NCBI GenBank assembly: GCA_016930235.1
Contig: JAFGHI010000063.1
Location: 799 to 64,798, forward strand
DNA from: Candidatus Omnitrophota bacterium
GTDB taxonomy: Bacteria; Omnitrophota; Omnitrophia; Omnitrophales; Aquincolibacteriaceae
DNA: 64,000 nt
Direction of reading: 5' to 3'
Each line of letters begins with the position of its first letter. The stretch's first letter is position 1. Below are positions 30,627-41,214 of this stretch, piece after piece. Both the position numbers and the translations under genes were made by a program. Below the pieces are notes generated by a model that made no database searches, was not told the origin of the DNA, and saw only the letters and a list, made by a program, of their open reading frames with translations.

Positions 30627-31997
30627 ATGAGATACGGCATATGCCTTGAAGGTAAAAAAGAAGCAAGTTTAATTTCTTGGGCCATTGGGCGAATTTCTCT
30701 TGCCGAGCGGGTTAGAATTCCATTAACCAATAGCTTGCGAGAACGGGTTGAGCCTATGATTGAGATTGGAGAAGATGTTGGACTCGGCCAAAAGATAGCT
30801 GTGCCTGCCTCTGTGGATTCCGTTTCTGTTCATGCCAGCATTTCGGGAAGAATTACGGATATCAGGGACTTTCCTTATCCCTTAGGTGGGATGAGGACGG
30901 CTATAGAGATCACTGCTCATGAGGAAAACAGAAGAGAATTTTATCAACCCATAGAAAGAGAAGATTGGAACAATCTCTCCCGAGAAGAGATCCTTAAGAT
31001 TTGTCAGGAATTGGGGCTTGTGGATCTTGTCCCGGAGATGCATCCGCTTCATAAAAAAATTCTCAAAGTCGGAGAAAAGAGTTCATTTTTGATCATCAAT
31101 GCATGCGAGTCGGAACCTTATATTACAACCAATCACGCCTTATTGATGTCTCATCCCGTTGAGGTTTTAAAGGGGGCAGAGATTTTAAGAAAAACATTGG
31201 GCGCTGAGCGTGTTTTGCTGGCATTGGAAGATCATCAATTAGAAGTGGCTGAGCTGATAAAAAGTAAAATTTATTTCTTGAGGTGGAAAAATTACGAAGT
31301 TAAATTATTTCGAGCAAGGTATCCTCAAGGCAACCCGTCAATTTTAGCATCGGATATTTTAAAGGCAAAATTTGAAGGATCCGGAAAGTTTGCGGAGATT
31401 GAGGCGCCTGTTTTTGATGCGGCGACTCTCTATGCTTTATATGAAGCCGTTGTTTATCAAAAACCCTTGATAGAAAGGCCTGTGACGATTGGGGGAGGAT
31501 GTACGGTCGAATCTCGAAATGTATGGCTTCCTATCGGGGCATCGTTCCAAGATGTATTAAGAAAGTGCCGAGGCCTTCTTCGAGAACCCGGGAAGTTATT
31601 AATGGGGGGGCCGATGAGAGGGTTTGCTCAACAGTCTTATGAGGTTCCTGTTCTCAAGGGAACACAAGCGATTCTTGCGCTTCCTCGAGAAGTCGTTAAA
31701 AAGGGGAAAGAAGGCCCATGTATTCGCTGCAACCGCTGTGTGGAAGCCTGTCCGGTTGAGATATCGCCCGTGCTGGTGGCTACAGCATCAGAATTTGGGG
31801 ATTTCGATCTTGCCAGGACTTATGGCGCAGAACAATGTATCGAATGCGGCAACTGCAGTTATATTTGTCCGGCCAAACGCCCCATGTTGGACTGGATACG
31901 CGCGGCAAAGCAGGATGCGATTATCCTTGAAGAGGATTTTGTTGATATCCACCAGAATCAAGAGCAAGATCTATTATCCGGCGCAAAAATCAGGTGA
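30627..31997 (+). CDS. rnfC: RnfC-like protein (divergent)
   Basis: HASISG, ESEPY, YPQG, GGPMRG, two ferredoxin motifs CIRCNRCVEACP and CIECGNCSYICP; Gly-rich flavin/NADH motif missing. Confidence 0.85.
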   Translation: MRYGICLEGKKEASLISWAIGRISLAERVRIPLTNSLRERVEPMIEIGEDVGLGQKIAVPASVDSVSVHASISGRITDIRDFPYPLGGMRTAIEITAHEENRREFYQPIEREDWNNLSREEILKICQELGLVDLVPEMHPLHKKILKVGEKSSFLIINACESEPYITTNHALLMSHPVEVLKGAEILRKTLGAERVLLALEDHQLEVAELIKSKIYFLRWKNYEVKLFRARYPQGNPSILASDILKAKFEGSGKFAEIEAPVFDAATLYALYEAVVYQKPLIERPVTIGGGCTVESRNVWLPIGASFQDVLRKCRGLLREPGKLLMGGPMRGFAQQSYEVPVLKGTQAILALPREVVKKGKEGPCIRCNRCVEACPVEISPVLVATASEFGDFDLARTYGAEQCIECGNCSYICPAKRPMLDWIRAAKQDAIILEEDFVDIHQNQEQDLLSGAKIR

Positions 31998-32029
31998 TCA
32001 AACTAGGATATCCTTAAATTCATAGTCGC

Positions 32030-32956
32030 ATGAGAGTAAAAACTCAGTTACCCCCGCATATTTCAGCAAGTTCTTCTGTCCCTCAAATCGTGTGGAAAAT
32101 CGTTGCAGCGCTCTTCCCGCTTATCGGAGTTTCCCTTTGGTTTTATCAGTGGGATGCGGTACGCGTCTTCGCGTTTTCAGTTTTAGGAAGTTTAACGGCA
32201 GAATTTTTATGCACTTTTTTATGGAAAGGGAAACTGACTTTGTATGATGGCAGCACGATTCTGACGTCGCTTTTGCTTGCCTTGATGTTACCGCCCACTC
32301 TTCCGGCTTGGATGATTATTTTAGGAAGTTTTTTTGCTGTGTTCTTCGGGAAGGAAGTTTTTGGGGGTTTGGGGCATATGCCTTTTCACCCAGCGATTGT
32401 CGGGCGAGTTTTCCTGCAAGTGACGTTTCCAGTTTCGATGTCTTTTACGCTTCAACCTTTGGAAGGCTTAAGTCGCCCCGCTCCCTTTCTATGGATGAAG
32501 GAGGAAATTTATTTAAATATGCCGCCTTTGCCGGGTTTACTCTTGGGGAATTATCCGGGGACATTAGGAGAAACATGTATCGTTGCCATTTTAGTTGGCG
32601 GTTTGATTCTCTTTTGGCAGCGGCTTATTTATTGGGAAGTCCCAGTCTTGTTTGTTCTGACAGTTTCTTTGATCTCCTGGGGGATGGGCCTTCATCCTTG
32701 GGAGAGCGTTCTTGTCGGAGGAATTATCTTTGTGGCTTGTTTTATCATTACAGATCCCGTGACAACACCATTAACACGTGAAGGGAACCGTGTTTTTTCG
32801 GTTCTTGCGGGTGTTTTAGTTTGTGTGCTTCGAAAATGGACTTCTTCTCTCGAGGGAATTGGCTTTGCGATTCTGATGGCGAATGCCCTAACGCCATGGT
32901 TGGATCAATGGATAAGACCCCGAGGGACACGTTCGAATGAGCGAGGGAAAAGATAA
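32030..32956 (+). CDS. rnfD: RnfD-like membrane protein (divergent)
   Basis: PHI, DGS, KEVFGGLG, GTLGET, TDPVTTP; FMN-Thr motif not seen. Confidence 0.87.
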   Translation: MRVKTQLPPHISASSSVPQIVWKIVAALFPLIGVSLWFYQWDAVRVFAFSVLGSLTAEFLCTFLWKGKLTLYDGSTILTSLLLALMLPPTLPAWMIILGSFFAVFFGKEVFGGLGHMPFHPAIVGRVFLQVTFPVSMSFTLQPLEGLSRPAPFLWMKEEIYLNMPPLPGLLLGNYPGTLGETCIVAILVGGLILFWQRLIYWEVPVLFVLTVSLISWGMGLHPWESVLVGGIIFVACFIITDPVTTPLTREGNRVFSVLAGVLVCVLRKWTSSLEGIGFAILMANALTPWLDQWIRPRGTRSNERGKR

Positions 32957-32959
32957 AAG

Positions 32960-33646
32960 ATGAAATTTCAACAAAAGCAAGATTCAACAAAACGAGAATT
33001 TTTCTGGAAAGAATTTGCCCGCGCTCTTTTTTTTCTAATTTTTATAGGGGGATTAATCGCAGCAGTTTTATTTTCAAAAACGAAGACAAAAAGGATGGCT
33101 GGGGATAAAAGGCCAGATACCGCCGCTTATCATTTCGAAGAAATTTTACCGCGGTTTGATAACCGACCAAGAGAGACCCCCATTTATTTAGATGGAAAAA
33201 CAATTTATCCTGTTTTCCGATTAGAATCCCAAGAAAAAGTTGTCTTGACGGAAGGGGAAGTGAATGAAACGCGAGTTGTTACAACGATCCGCGAGCTTGT
33301 CGGCATTGCTTTTGAGATCAGCGCAAAAGGGTATCGAGATGATCTCCGGTTGTTTTTAGGACTTGATATGGAGGGGAAAATAACAGGAATTCAATGGTTG
33401 GAAGATCATGAGGCGCCGGCTTTTAGCCACCATATTCAGGGACAGAAGGAGTTCTTTAGTTCATTTCTTGGCATGACGAAAGAGGAATTGTTGAGAAAGG
33501 ATAGGAAGGAAATCATGACGGCCAGTAATCAAGTTGCGATTATAGCAAAAGGAATTGCTCAAGAGTTGTTAGCCTCAATAGATTTCTTCGAAAAGAGAAA
33601 AGAGATGATTGTCGAAAAGGCGTTTCAAGGAGCAAATTTATCGTGA
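32960..33646 (+). CDS. rnfG: RnfG-like protein (divergent)
   Basis: N-terminal TM; AKGYRDDLRLFLGLDMEGKITGI; HEAPAFS aligns with HxETPGLG; position after rnfD. Confidence 0.75.
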   Translation: MKFQQKQDSTKREFFWKEFARALFFLIFIGGLIAAVLFSKTKTKRMAGDKRPDTAAYHFEEILPRFDNRPRETPIYLDGKTIYPVFRLESQEKVVLTEGEVNETRVVTTIRELVGIAFEISAKGYRDDLRLFLGLDMEGKITGIQWLEDHEAPAFSHHIQGQKEFFSSFLGMTKEELLRKDRKEIMTASNQVAIIAKGIAQELLASIDFFEKRKEMIVEKAFQGANLS

Positions 33647-34179
33647 AATTTAAAAAGGACAATTTTTTTGCGGTTGTCATCGCGATTTTACCTGTCTTAA
33701 ATGGCGTTCTCAAGGCAGATGAATCCTTGCGCATCGCAATTTTGGTGACAGGAACGTATTGGGGGGGAATTGTTTTTTTTGGCTTATGCCAGAATGGGTT
33801 TCCTCAAAAGCTTTGGCGCCTAGGATTGATAGGATGGCTCGCTGCGTGCGCCCAAATTGCCTATTATCTTCTTGGACAATCGCCCGTTTGGGTCTTAAGC
33901 GTTCTTCTTTTGTTTCCACCCTCATGGTTCTGCTATGTTGGTGAAGAAACTGCCCAGGGGGATTTTAAGGGGTTGGTCTCTCAGGGGGTCACAAGAGGAA
34001 TCGGGTTTTTCATATTAGTATGTTATCTGGGTATTTTTCAGGAAATCTTCAGGGAACGGTTGCTGTTTTGGAGTTTTCAAGGATCGGTTGGAGCTTTTTT
34101 GCTTTTAGCTTCGGTTGCTTTTGTTTGGCAGAATCAACCGAGAAAGGTTAAGACAGAAAAGGAGCATGGGGCAATATGA
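33643..34179 (+). CDS. RnfE-like membrane protein (highly divergent)
   Basis: Hydrophobic; GIGFFILVCYLGIFQEIF and GAFLLLA resemble the RnfE C-terminal half; synteny. Confidence 0.6.
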   Translation: MKFKKDNFFAVVIAILPVLNGVLKADESLRIAILVTGTYWGGIVFFGLCQNGFPQKLWRLGLIGWLAACAQIAYYLLGQSPVWVLSVLLLFPPSWFCYVGEETAQGDFKGLVSQGVTRGIGFFILVCYLGIFQEIFRERLLFWSFQGSVGAFLLLASVAFVWQNQPRKVKTEKEHGAI

Positions 34180-34697
34180 TCAACGCGTGGATTTTTTTGG
34201 CCGCTTCTCTTGCAACTCTTTATATTTTTGAGGAGCCTTTGGATCAGACGAAGCGGAAAAAGTGGGGGAAAAAGGAGGGAAAATATTTTTTTGCCGAGCA
34301 TGTTGAAATTTTTGCGGCAGTGCTTTTCCTTTTATTCATTAATTTTGTAGGCAAGACAACCGAAACTCCGAGCCCTTATGGGCAAGAGGGGGGCATTCTC
34401 TTTGCGATGCTTTTTGCTTATCTTTATGCGATTTTAAGAAACCGTTCGAGAGGTTTTTTTGTCGCGGTTTTGGTTCTCGCAATGGTTATCCCTTCGGCGT
34501 TGAAGAGCGAAATTTTCCTTACGCAAGCTGTCTTTGCCCTTCTTTGCGTTTTTGGCGTGAGCCTTTTTCGATTTTTTCTCTATGCGCTTGGAATGCGATT
34601 GGAATATTCAAAGATTCCAAGCCCTATGAGTGGGTTGCCTGTTTATTTTGTTACGGTTGCTATTCTTTGTTTGGCTTTGCTTGGGATAGGGCAATGA
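34176..34697 (+). CDS. RnfA-like membrane protein (highly divergent)
   Basis: C-terminus RLEYSKIPSPMSGLPVYFVTVAILCLALLGIG matches the RnfA ending; synteny. Confidence 0.65.
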   Translation: MINAWIFLAASLATLYIFEEPLDQTKRKKWGKKEGKYFFAEHVEIFAAVLFLLFINFVGKTTETPSPYGQEGGILFAMLFAYLYAILRNRSRGFFVAVLVLAMVIPSALKSEIFLTQAVFALLCVFGVSLFRFFLYALGMRLEYSKIPSPMSGLPVYFVTVAILCLALLGIGQ

Positions 34698-34776
34698 GAA
34701 GGAGTGGTATCCTAATGTTTTTATCAAGCGGGCCGTTAAACGATATGTTAAAAAGAGAATTTTAAAAGGGGGCATT

Positions 34777-35850
34777 ATGGCTATCGAGGCAATTTTAAAT
34801 ACTGCGATTGAAAGAGAAGCATCGGATGTACATCTTACCATCGGTCGTCCATGGACAATCCGTGTGGCGGGAGATCTCATTTCTGTTGGCAAAGAATTGC
34901 TGGAACCGGAAGATACGGAAGCTTTCGCTCGCGAGATTACAACAGAAGAGCAAAGAAAAAAAATAGAAGAGGTGGGAGGTATCGATTTTGGCTTTACTTT
35001 TGAAGATAAAGCTCGTTTTCGTGTTTCCTGCTTCAAGCAGCGCGGTACGTATGCGATGACGCTTCGTTTGTTGCCAAGCAAGTTTTATAGTTTTGAAGAT
35101 ATTGGTTTGCCGAAACAGCTTGTGGATTTGATTTCAAGGCCACGAGGACTTATTTTAGTAACAGGGCCAACGGGTAGCGGGAAGACAACAACTTTGGCAA
35201 CGATGTTGAATTACATCAATGAAAACCTTCCAAAACACATTATTACAGCTGAGGATCCTATCGAATTTTTGCATCCGAATAAAAAAGGGATTGTAACGCA
35301 ACGGGAAGTTGGAGCAGATGTTCCGAGCTTTGCTGAGGCGGTGGTTAAAGCGCTACGCCAGGATCCGGATGTCGTTCTTATCGGTGAAATGCGGGATCTT
35401 TCCACAATGGAGGCAGCCATTAGGGCGGCAGAAACAGGACACCTGGTTTTTTCGACGCTTCACACAACGGGAGCAGCGCGTACAGTTGACCGGATTATTG
35501 ATGTCTTTCCCTCTTATCAACAAACGCAGATAAGAATCCAATTGTCCGCAACAATTGCTGCAGTGATTTCCCAAACATTGCTACCCAAATTAGACGGGAA
35601 AGGGCGAATTGCGGCTTTTGAGATCATGTTTGCGACACCCGCTATCCGCAATCTCATACGAGAAGGCAAAACTTATCAGGTGATATCAGAAATCCAGACG
35701 GGGATGCGATACGGTATGAGAGCTCTTGATGATCATTTAAAGGAGATTTATCAACAGGGGGTCATCGGATATGACGTCATGATTGAATCAGCGCAGGACC
35801 CCAAGGATCTTGCTCAGCGGGTAACCAAACCGGCAGCCCCGAAGAAATAG
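34777..35850 (+). CDS. pilT: Type IV pilus retraction ATPase PilT
   Basis: ASDVHL, GPTGSGKTTT, EDPIE, LRQDPD, AETGHLVFSTLHT, AIRNLIRE. Confidence 0.95.
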   Translation: MAIEAILNTAIEREASDVHLTIGRPWTIRVAGDLISVGKELLEPEDTEAFAREITTEEQRKKIEEVGGIDFGFTFEDKARFRVSCFKQRGTYAMTLRLLPSKFYSFEDIGLPKQLVDLISRPRGLILVTGPTGSGKTTTLATMLNYINENLPKHIITAEDPIEFLHPNKKGIVTQREVGADVPSFAEAVVKALRQDPDVVLIGEMRDLSTMEAAIRAAETGHLVFSTLHTTGAARTVDRIIDVFPSYQQTQIRIQLSATIAAVISQTLLPKLDGKGRIAAFEIMFATPAIRNLIREGKTYQVISEIQTGMRYGMRALDDHLKEIYQQGVIGYDVMIESAQDPKDLAQRVTKPAAPKK

Positions 35851-35907
35851 GCGCAACAATAGTGTTTAAAAGGATTTAGACAAAAAAGGGAGATGAGGAA
35901 ATAAGAC

Positions 35908-35936
35908 TTGACCGCCATTTTTGAATTCAGTACACT
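35908..35936 (+). promoter_or_regulatory. sigma70 promoter upstream of the putative 6S RNA and polA
   Basis: TTGACC (35908-35913), 17 nt spacer, TACACT (35931-35936). Confidence 0.7.
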
Positions 35937-35940
35937 AATG

Positions 35941-36110
35941 GCCACTGGGACAAAGACCATTCTTCGACCCACGCGCGTGATCCTAAATACCTAAGAAAAA
36001 TCATTGGAATACAAAGACCGCGAGAAAACTTTCCTTTTAGTTCTGAAATGAATCCTTACTCGAGAGTGCGGTTATGGGTTTGAATATGTTACCGGGCCAG
36101 AACAGTGCCT
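35941..36110 (+). ncRNA. Probable 6S RNA (SsrS-like)
   Basis: About 170 nt after a promoter; nested pairings CACTG/CAGTG, TTCGACCCA/TGGGTTTGAA, TCATT/AATGA give a long rod with a central bubble; folded by eye. Confidence 0.55.
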
Positions 36111-36123
36111 GCTTGTGGGTGAG

Positions 36124-38802
36124 ATGAAATTTTTCATAGTTGACGGTAATTCATTTCTATATCGAGCTTATTATGCAATTCGGCTCCTTTCTACGTCCAA
36201 AGGAGAGCCGACCAACGCCATCTATGGGTTTATTACCATGATGAATAAGCTCATTCAAGAGGGCGCGCCGGAATATTTGGCTATTTGTTTTGATCGTCGG
36301 GAGCCGACGTTCAGGCATGAAAAGTTCAAAGATTATAAAGCGCAGCGTAAGCCAATGCCGGATGATTTAGCCGAACAAATTGAGCCGATCAAAAATTTTT
36401 GCCATGCCTATCGATATGCCATTTTTGAGAAAGCGGGATTTGAGGCAGATGACATTATCGGAACGTTAGCGCGCATGGCAGAGGAAAAGGGTTTTGAGGT
36501 TTATATCGTTACCGGGGATAAGGATGCTATGCAGTTAGTGAATGGCAATGTTAAGATTTTGAACCCGCATAAAGAGGGAGTAGTTTTGGGGGTTGAAGAT
36601 GTCCGGAAGCGTTTAGATGGGATCGGGCCCGAAAGGGTTGTTGATCTTATGGCGCTTATGGGAGACTCCTCCGATAACATTCCGGGAGTTTCGGGGATTG
36701 GCGAAAAGACCGCGATCAAATTAATCCAAAAATTTAATACGGTTGAAAATCTGCTAAAACAGATCGACAAGGTTTCGTCAAAGTCTCAACAAAATCTTTT
36801 GCGAAAGCACGAAAAAGAAGCTTTGCTCTCAAAAGAATTAGCGCAGATCGACGTTCATGTGCCTCTAGAGGTTAGATGGGATGATCTCAAATTAAGCGAG
36901 CCGGATGGCGAGGCCCTTATTTCTCTTTTTAAACGGTATGAGTTTAGGGCCCTCTTGAAAAATGTGAAGGCTGAAGAAAGCAAAGAAGATAAGGATAGAA
37001 ATTATAAGGGGATTGTTAGCGAAAAAGACTTTAAACTTTTTTTGGCGCAGATTGGAAAAGTTAAAGTATTCAGTTTTGATACAGAAACAACAGGCGAAGA
37101 TCCTATGCGAGCAGAACTTGTGGGGATGAGTTTCTCGTGGGAAGCCCGGCAGGCTTTTTATATTCCGGTAAGGACATCGACTCATGGTGGTCCGGGCCTT
37201 CCAAAAGAGACTGTTTTAAAGGCTCTCCAGCCTATCCTCGAGAATGAAAAACAAGGGAAATGCGGGCAGAACATTAAATATGATTGGATTGTGATGAAGC
37301 GAATGGGAATCGAATTGAAAGGGATTGTTTTTGACACAATGATTGCAAGCTACCTTATTAATCCGATCAAGCTTAACCATAACCTTGACGACATCGCTAT
37401 GGAATATTTGGGGATCCGTAAGATTTCAATCGAGTCGCTGATTGGCAGCAAAAAAGAACAAATCAGTATGGCGGATGTGCCTCTCGAAAAAGTTACCGAG
37501 TATGCAGGAGAGGATGCCGATTGTGTTTTTCGGTTAAAATCTATTTTAGAAGAAAAACTAGATGAGCTTGAATTAAAAGAGCTATTTTTGGATGTTGAAA
37601 TACCGTTGTCTCAGGTTCTGGCCAAAATGGAAATGAACGGTGTTTATTTGGATTTGGGGTATCTTCAAGAACTTTCCGAAAGGGCGGGCGATGACCTAAA
37701 AAAACTTACAGCCGCCATTTATCATGCAGCGGGGGAGGAGTTTAATATTAATTCAACGAAACAACTTGCCGATATCCTTTTCACCAAAATGAAATTGCCC
37801 GTCATCAAGCGGACCAAAACAGGTTATTCAACGGATGTAAGCGTTCTCGAAAAATTGTCTTTGAGTTATGAATTGCCGCGTATGATCTTAGAATATCGCG
37901 AGAAGGCAAAATTGAAATCAACCTATCTTGATGCCCTTCCGGAGATGATTCACCCTGAAACAAGGGCGGTTCATACTTCTTACCATCAGACAACAACAGC
38001 AACAGGACGACTTTCGAGTTCCGACCCAAATCTTCAAAATATACCCATCCGTACCGAAGGCGGAAGATTGATCCGGAAAGCTTTTGTTCCGAGACCTGAA
38101 AAGGGTAAAAAAAGAAGGATCCTTTCCGCGGATTATTCTCAAATAGAACTTCGGATTTTAGCACATCTTTCGGGAGATGAAAGTTTAACAGAGGCTTTCC
38201 GAAGAGACAGAGACATTCACAAAGTGACGGCAACGCGTCTCTATGATGTTTCTGAAAATGAAGTGACTCGCCAAATGCGAGATGTTGCGAAAACAATTAA
38301 TTTCAGTGTCATCTACGGAAAGACAGCTTATGGTCTTTCGCAGGATTTGGGTATTTCGGTGTCTGAGGCGGATAGTTTTATTTCTAATTATTTTGAACGG
38401 TATGCAAAGGTTAAAGCCTATCTGGAATCTCAGAAAGACAAAGCCCGCGAACAAGGGTATTTGATAACTCTTTTAGGGAGAAGGTCTTACTTCCCGGACA
38501 TCCATTCCAAAAATGTACAGGTCAGGCAATTTGCCGAACGGGCCGCAATCAATGCGCCGATTCAAGGTTCAGCGGCTGATCTAATCAAGCTGGCGATGAT
38601 TCGTATTGAGAGACGGCTTGAAGCAGAAAAATGTCAAAGTTTGATGATTATGCAGGTTCACGACGAGCTTGTTTTTGATGTGGCGGCGGGTGAGCAAGAT
38701 CAGATAGAAGAGATGGTTCGTGAAGAAATGGAAGGGGCCTATTCGTTGAAAGTGCCTTTAAAGGTTGATATTTTTGTTGGCGATTCATGGTACAAAAATT
38801 AA
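36124..38802 (+). CDS. polA: DNA polymerase I
   Basis: VDGNSFLYRAYYA, GDSSDNIPGV, FDTETT, TGRLSSSDPNLQNIP, DYSQIELR, QVHDELVF. Confidence 0.98.
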   Translation: MKFFIVDGNSFLYRAYYAIRLLSTSKGEPTNAIYGFITMMNKLIQEGAPEYLAICFDRREPTFRHEKFKDYKAQRKPMPDDLAEQIEPIKNFCHAYRYAIFEKAGFEADDIIGTLARMAEEKGFEVYIVTGDKDAMQLVNGNVKILNPHKEGVVLGVEDVRKRLDGIGPERVVDLMALMGDSSDNIPGVSGIGEKTAIKLIQKFNTVENLLKQIDKVSSKSQQNLLRKHEKEALLSKELAQIDVHVPLEVRWDDLKLSEPDGEALISLFKRYEFRALLKNVKAEESKEDKDRNYKGIVSEKDFKLFLAQIGKVKVFSFDTETTGEDPMRAELVGMSFSWEARQAFYIPVRTSTHGGPGLPKETVLKALQPILENEKQGKCGQNIKYDWIVMKRMGIELKGIVFDTMIASYLINPIKLNHNLDDIAMEYLGIRKISIESLIGSKKEQISMADVPLEKVTEYAGEDADCVFRLKSILEEKLDELELKELFLDVEIPLSQVLAKMEMNGVYLDLGYLQELSERAGDDLKKLTAAIYHAAGEEFNINSTKQLADILFTKMKLPVIKRTKTGYSTDVSVLEKLSLSYELPRMILEYREKAKLKSTYLDALPEMIHPETRAVHTSYHQTTTATGRLSSSDPNLQNIPIRTEGGRLIRKAFVPRPEKGKKRRILSADYSQIELRILAHLSGDESLTEAFRRDRDIHKVTATRLYDVSENEVTRQMRDVAKTINFSVIYGKTAYGLSQDLGISVSEADSFISNYFERYAKVKAYLESQKDKAREQGYLITLLGRRSYFPDIHSKNVQVRQFAERAAINAPIQGSAADLIKLAMIRIERRLEAEKCQSLMIMQVHDELVFDVAAGEQDQIEEMVREEMEGAYSLKVPLKVDIFVGDSWYKN

Positions 38803-39410
38803 GGAAGAATCTCGGGGATAAAATCTTAGTCGGGATTACTGGGGTCTTCGGAAGCGGCAAGAGTACTGTGGCCGAGATCTTGGGGACGCTTGGGGCATCC
38901 GTGGTGGACGCAGACCTTTTGGCGCACGAGGTTTTTGAAAAAGGGAATCCTCTTTATTCGGTGATTCAGGCAAAATTTTCGGAAGCATTTCAGGAAGGGT
39001 TCAACCGGAAGAAATTAGCCGAGATTGTTTTTTCAGATGAATTACGAAGAAAAGAGCTTGAGGCCGTTATTCATCCTTATGTTTTTAAAAGGATTGAAGA
39101 GGAAATGACGAAAGCAAAGACAAAGGTTGTGGCGGTCGAGGTTCCTTTATTATTTGAAAGCGGTTTTCATGATTGTTGCTGTTTTACCGTTGTGGTGAAA
39201 GCTTCTCAATCTGTGATTCAACAAAGGCTAGAGGAGAAAGGTTTTGCCTTGGAGGACATGCGCGTACGGACACAAGCGCAAATGTCTCTTGAGGAAAAAT
39301 GCAGGAAAGCGGATTTTGTCATTGATAATTCAAAATCAATAGAAGAAACAAGGAGTGAAGTTGAGATAAAGGTTTGGGAAAAACTCCACTCCCTTTTAAA
39401 AGGAGCATAA
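38787..39410 (+). CDS. coaE: Dephospho-CoA kinase
   Basis: [27 protein letters not shown]; follows polA. Confidence 0.95.
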   Translation: MVQKLRKNLGDKILVGITGVFGSGKSTVAEILGTLGASVVDADLLAHEVFEKGNPLYSVIQAKFSEAFQEGFNRKKLAEIVFSDELRRKELEAVIHPYVFKRIEEEMTKAKTKVVAVEVPLLFESGFHDCCCFTVVVKASQSVIQQRLEEKGFALEDMRVRTQAQMSLEEKCRKADFVIDNSKSIEETRSEVEIKVWEKLHSLLKGA

Positions 39411-39414
39411 GAAA

Positions 39415-40866
39415 ATGATGGAAAAAGACAGAAGACATTCAGGAAGAAGAATGCACGGGAATTTTAATCACCGTCAAAATTATAACGGAGGGAGTCGGCA
39501 TTTTCGTCATGATGCTCATAAGTCGCAGCAGCATCAGAATCCGAATCGAAATGAAGACGCCCCAGCCGCGGTGACCGAGGAGCGCCGCCCAAAGCCTGGT
39601 GAAAAGGCTTTTGCTGTTGCCAGTCTCAAGAAGTTAAAGGTGGCCGAATTGCATCAACTGGCCAAAAAATTTGATATTGGACCGACGGCCGGGATTAAGA
39701 AACAAGATCTTATTTTTAAGATTTTGCAAACACAAGCGGAACGTTCAGGTCTTATGTTCGGAGAAGGTGTTTTGGAGATTTTAGATGATGGTTTTGGGTT
39801 TTTAAGATCTCCTAATTATAACTATCTCCCTTCACCGGACGACATTTATGTTTCCCCAAGTCAAATCCGAAGATTCAATCTTCGGACAGGCGATATCGTA
39901 AGCGGGGAAATTCGTCCACCAAAAGAAGGCGAGCGTTATTTTGCTCTATTGAAAGTGGAGTTGGTCAATTTTGAGGATCCGGAAGGATTGAGAGACAAGA
40001 TTCCTTTTGATAACTTAACGCCGCTTTATCCGGAGAGAAGGATTAAACTCGAAACGAGCCCCGAAGAAGTTTCGATGCGAGTCATGGATTTGTTGACGCC
40101 GCTCGGTTTCGGACAACGCGGACTTATCGTGGCGCCGCCCTACAGCGGGAAGACAATACTGCTTCAGAAAATCGCCAATAGCATTACGGCGAATCATCCT
40201 GACACGTATATGATTATCCTACTGATTGACGAACGACCGGAAGAAGTAACAGATATGGAACGCTCAGTTAAAGGGGAGGTCATTTCTTCGACATTTGATG
40301 AGCCTGCCGAACGACATGTTCAAGTGGCGGAGATCGTGCTTGAAAAGGCCAAACGGTTGGTTGAGCACAAGAAAGACGTGGTTATTCTTTTGGACAGCAT
40401 TACGCGTCTTGCTCGCGCTTACAACACAGTGGTACCTCATTCCGGGAAAATTCTCTCAGGCGGTGTGGATTCCAGCGCCCTTCATAAACCGAAACGTTTT
40501 TTTGGGGCTGCTCGAAACATTGAAGAGGGTGGGAGTTTGACGATTATTGCAACAGCTTTGGTTGACACAGGTTCGCGTATGGATGAAGTGATTTTCGAAG
40601 AGTTTAAAGGAACTGGAAACATGGAATTGCAGCTTGACCGTAACCTATTCCAGCGCCGCATCTATCCGGCCATTGATGTAAAGAAATCAAACACGAGAAA
40701 AGAAGATATGTTGATGCATCCGGATGAATTGAGCCGGGTTTGGATCCTTCGCAAAGTCCTGAATGAGTTGAACCCGACGGAGGCGATGGAGCTTTTAGTC
40801 GAGCGTTTGAAGAAGACAAAATCAAACGCCGAATTCCTCCTCAGCATGAATAAAATTGATAAATGA
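39415..40866 (+). CDS. rho: Transcription termination factor Rho
   Basis: [59 protein letters not shown]. Confidence 0.98.
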   Translation: MMEKDRRHSGRRMHGNFNHRQNYNGGSRHFRHDAHKSQQHQNPNRNEDAPAAVTEERRPKPGEKAFAVASLKKLKVAELHQLAKKFDIGPTAGIKKQDLIFKILQTQAERSGLMFGEGVLEILDDGFGFLRSPNYNYLPSPDDIYVSPSQIRRFNLRTGDIVSGEIRPPKEGERYFALLKVELVNFEDPEGLRDKIPFDNLTPLYPERRIKLETSPEEVSMRVMDLLTPLGFGQRGLIVAPPYSGKTILLQKIANSITANHPDTYMIILLIDERPEEVTDMERSVKGEVISSTFDEPAERHVQVAEIVLEKAKRLVEHKKDVVILLDSITRLARAYNTVVPHSGKILSGGVDSSALHKPKRFFGAARNIEEGGSLTIIATALVDTGSRMDEVIFEEFKGTGNMELQLDRNLFQRRIYPAIDVKKSNTRKEDMLMHPDELSRVWILRKVLNELNPTEAMELLVERLKKTKSNAEFLLSMNKIDK

Positions 40867-40897
40867 GGAATAATAAAATAAAAGGAGAAGTTGAACG

Positions 40898-41200
40898 ATG
40901 AAAGAAAAAATCCATCCAGAATATGGCAAAACAGCCTTTCGCTGTGCTTGTGGAAATGTTATTGAAACACGCAGCGTCATACGTGGAAATATGCAAGTTG
41001 ATGTTTGCTCAGCGTGCCATCCCTTTTTTACCGGGAAGCAGAAGCTTATGGATACAGCAGGCCGAATCGATCGGTTCAAGAAGAAGTTTGGATCGAAGAT
41101 CGCTCTTGGTGGGGCGAAGAAAGTAAAGAAAGTAGCTCCGAAAAAAGCCAAAGAGGTCGAGGAAAAGCCTGTCGTTGAGAAACAAGAAAAGCAAGGCTAA
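40898..41200 (+). CDS. rpmE: 50S ribosomal protein L31 with Lys-rich tail
   Basis: [32 protein letters not shown]. Confidence 0.97.
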   Translation: MKEKIHPEYGKTAFRCACGNVIETRSVIRGNMQVDVCSACHPFFTGKQKLMDTAGRIDRFKKKFGSKIALGGAKKVKKVAPKKAKEVEEKPVVEKQEKQG

Positions 41201-41214
41201 GGCGGGAGAAACCA

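Noticed and set aside
41100-41200. Lys/Glu-rich tail on L31
   Set aside because: Low-complexity tails on small ribosomal proteins are common
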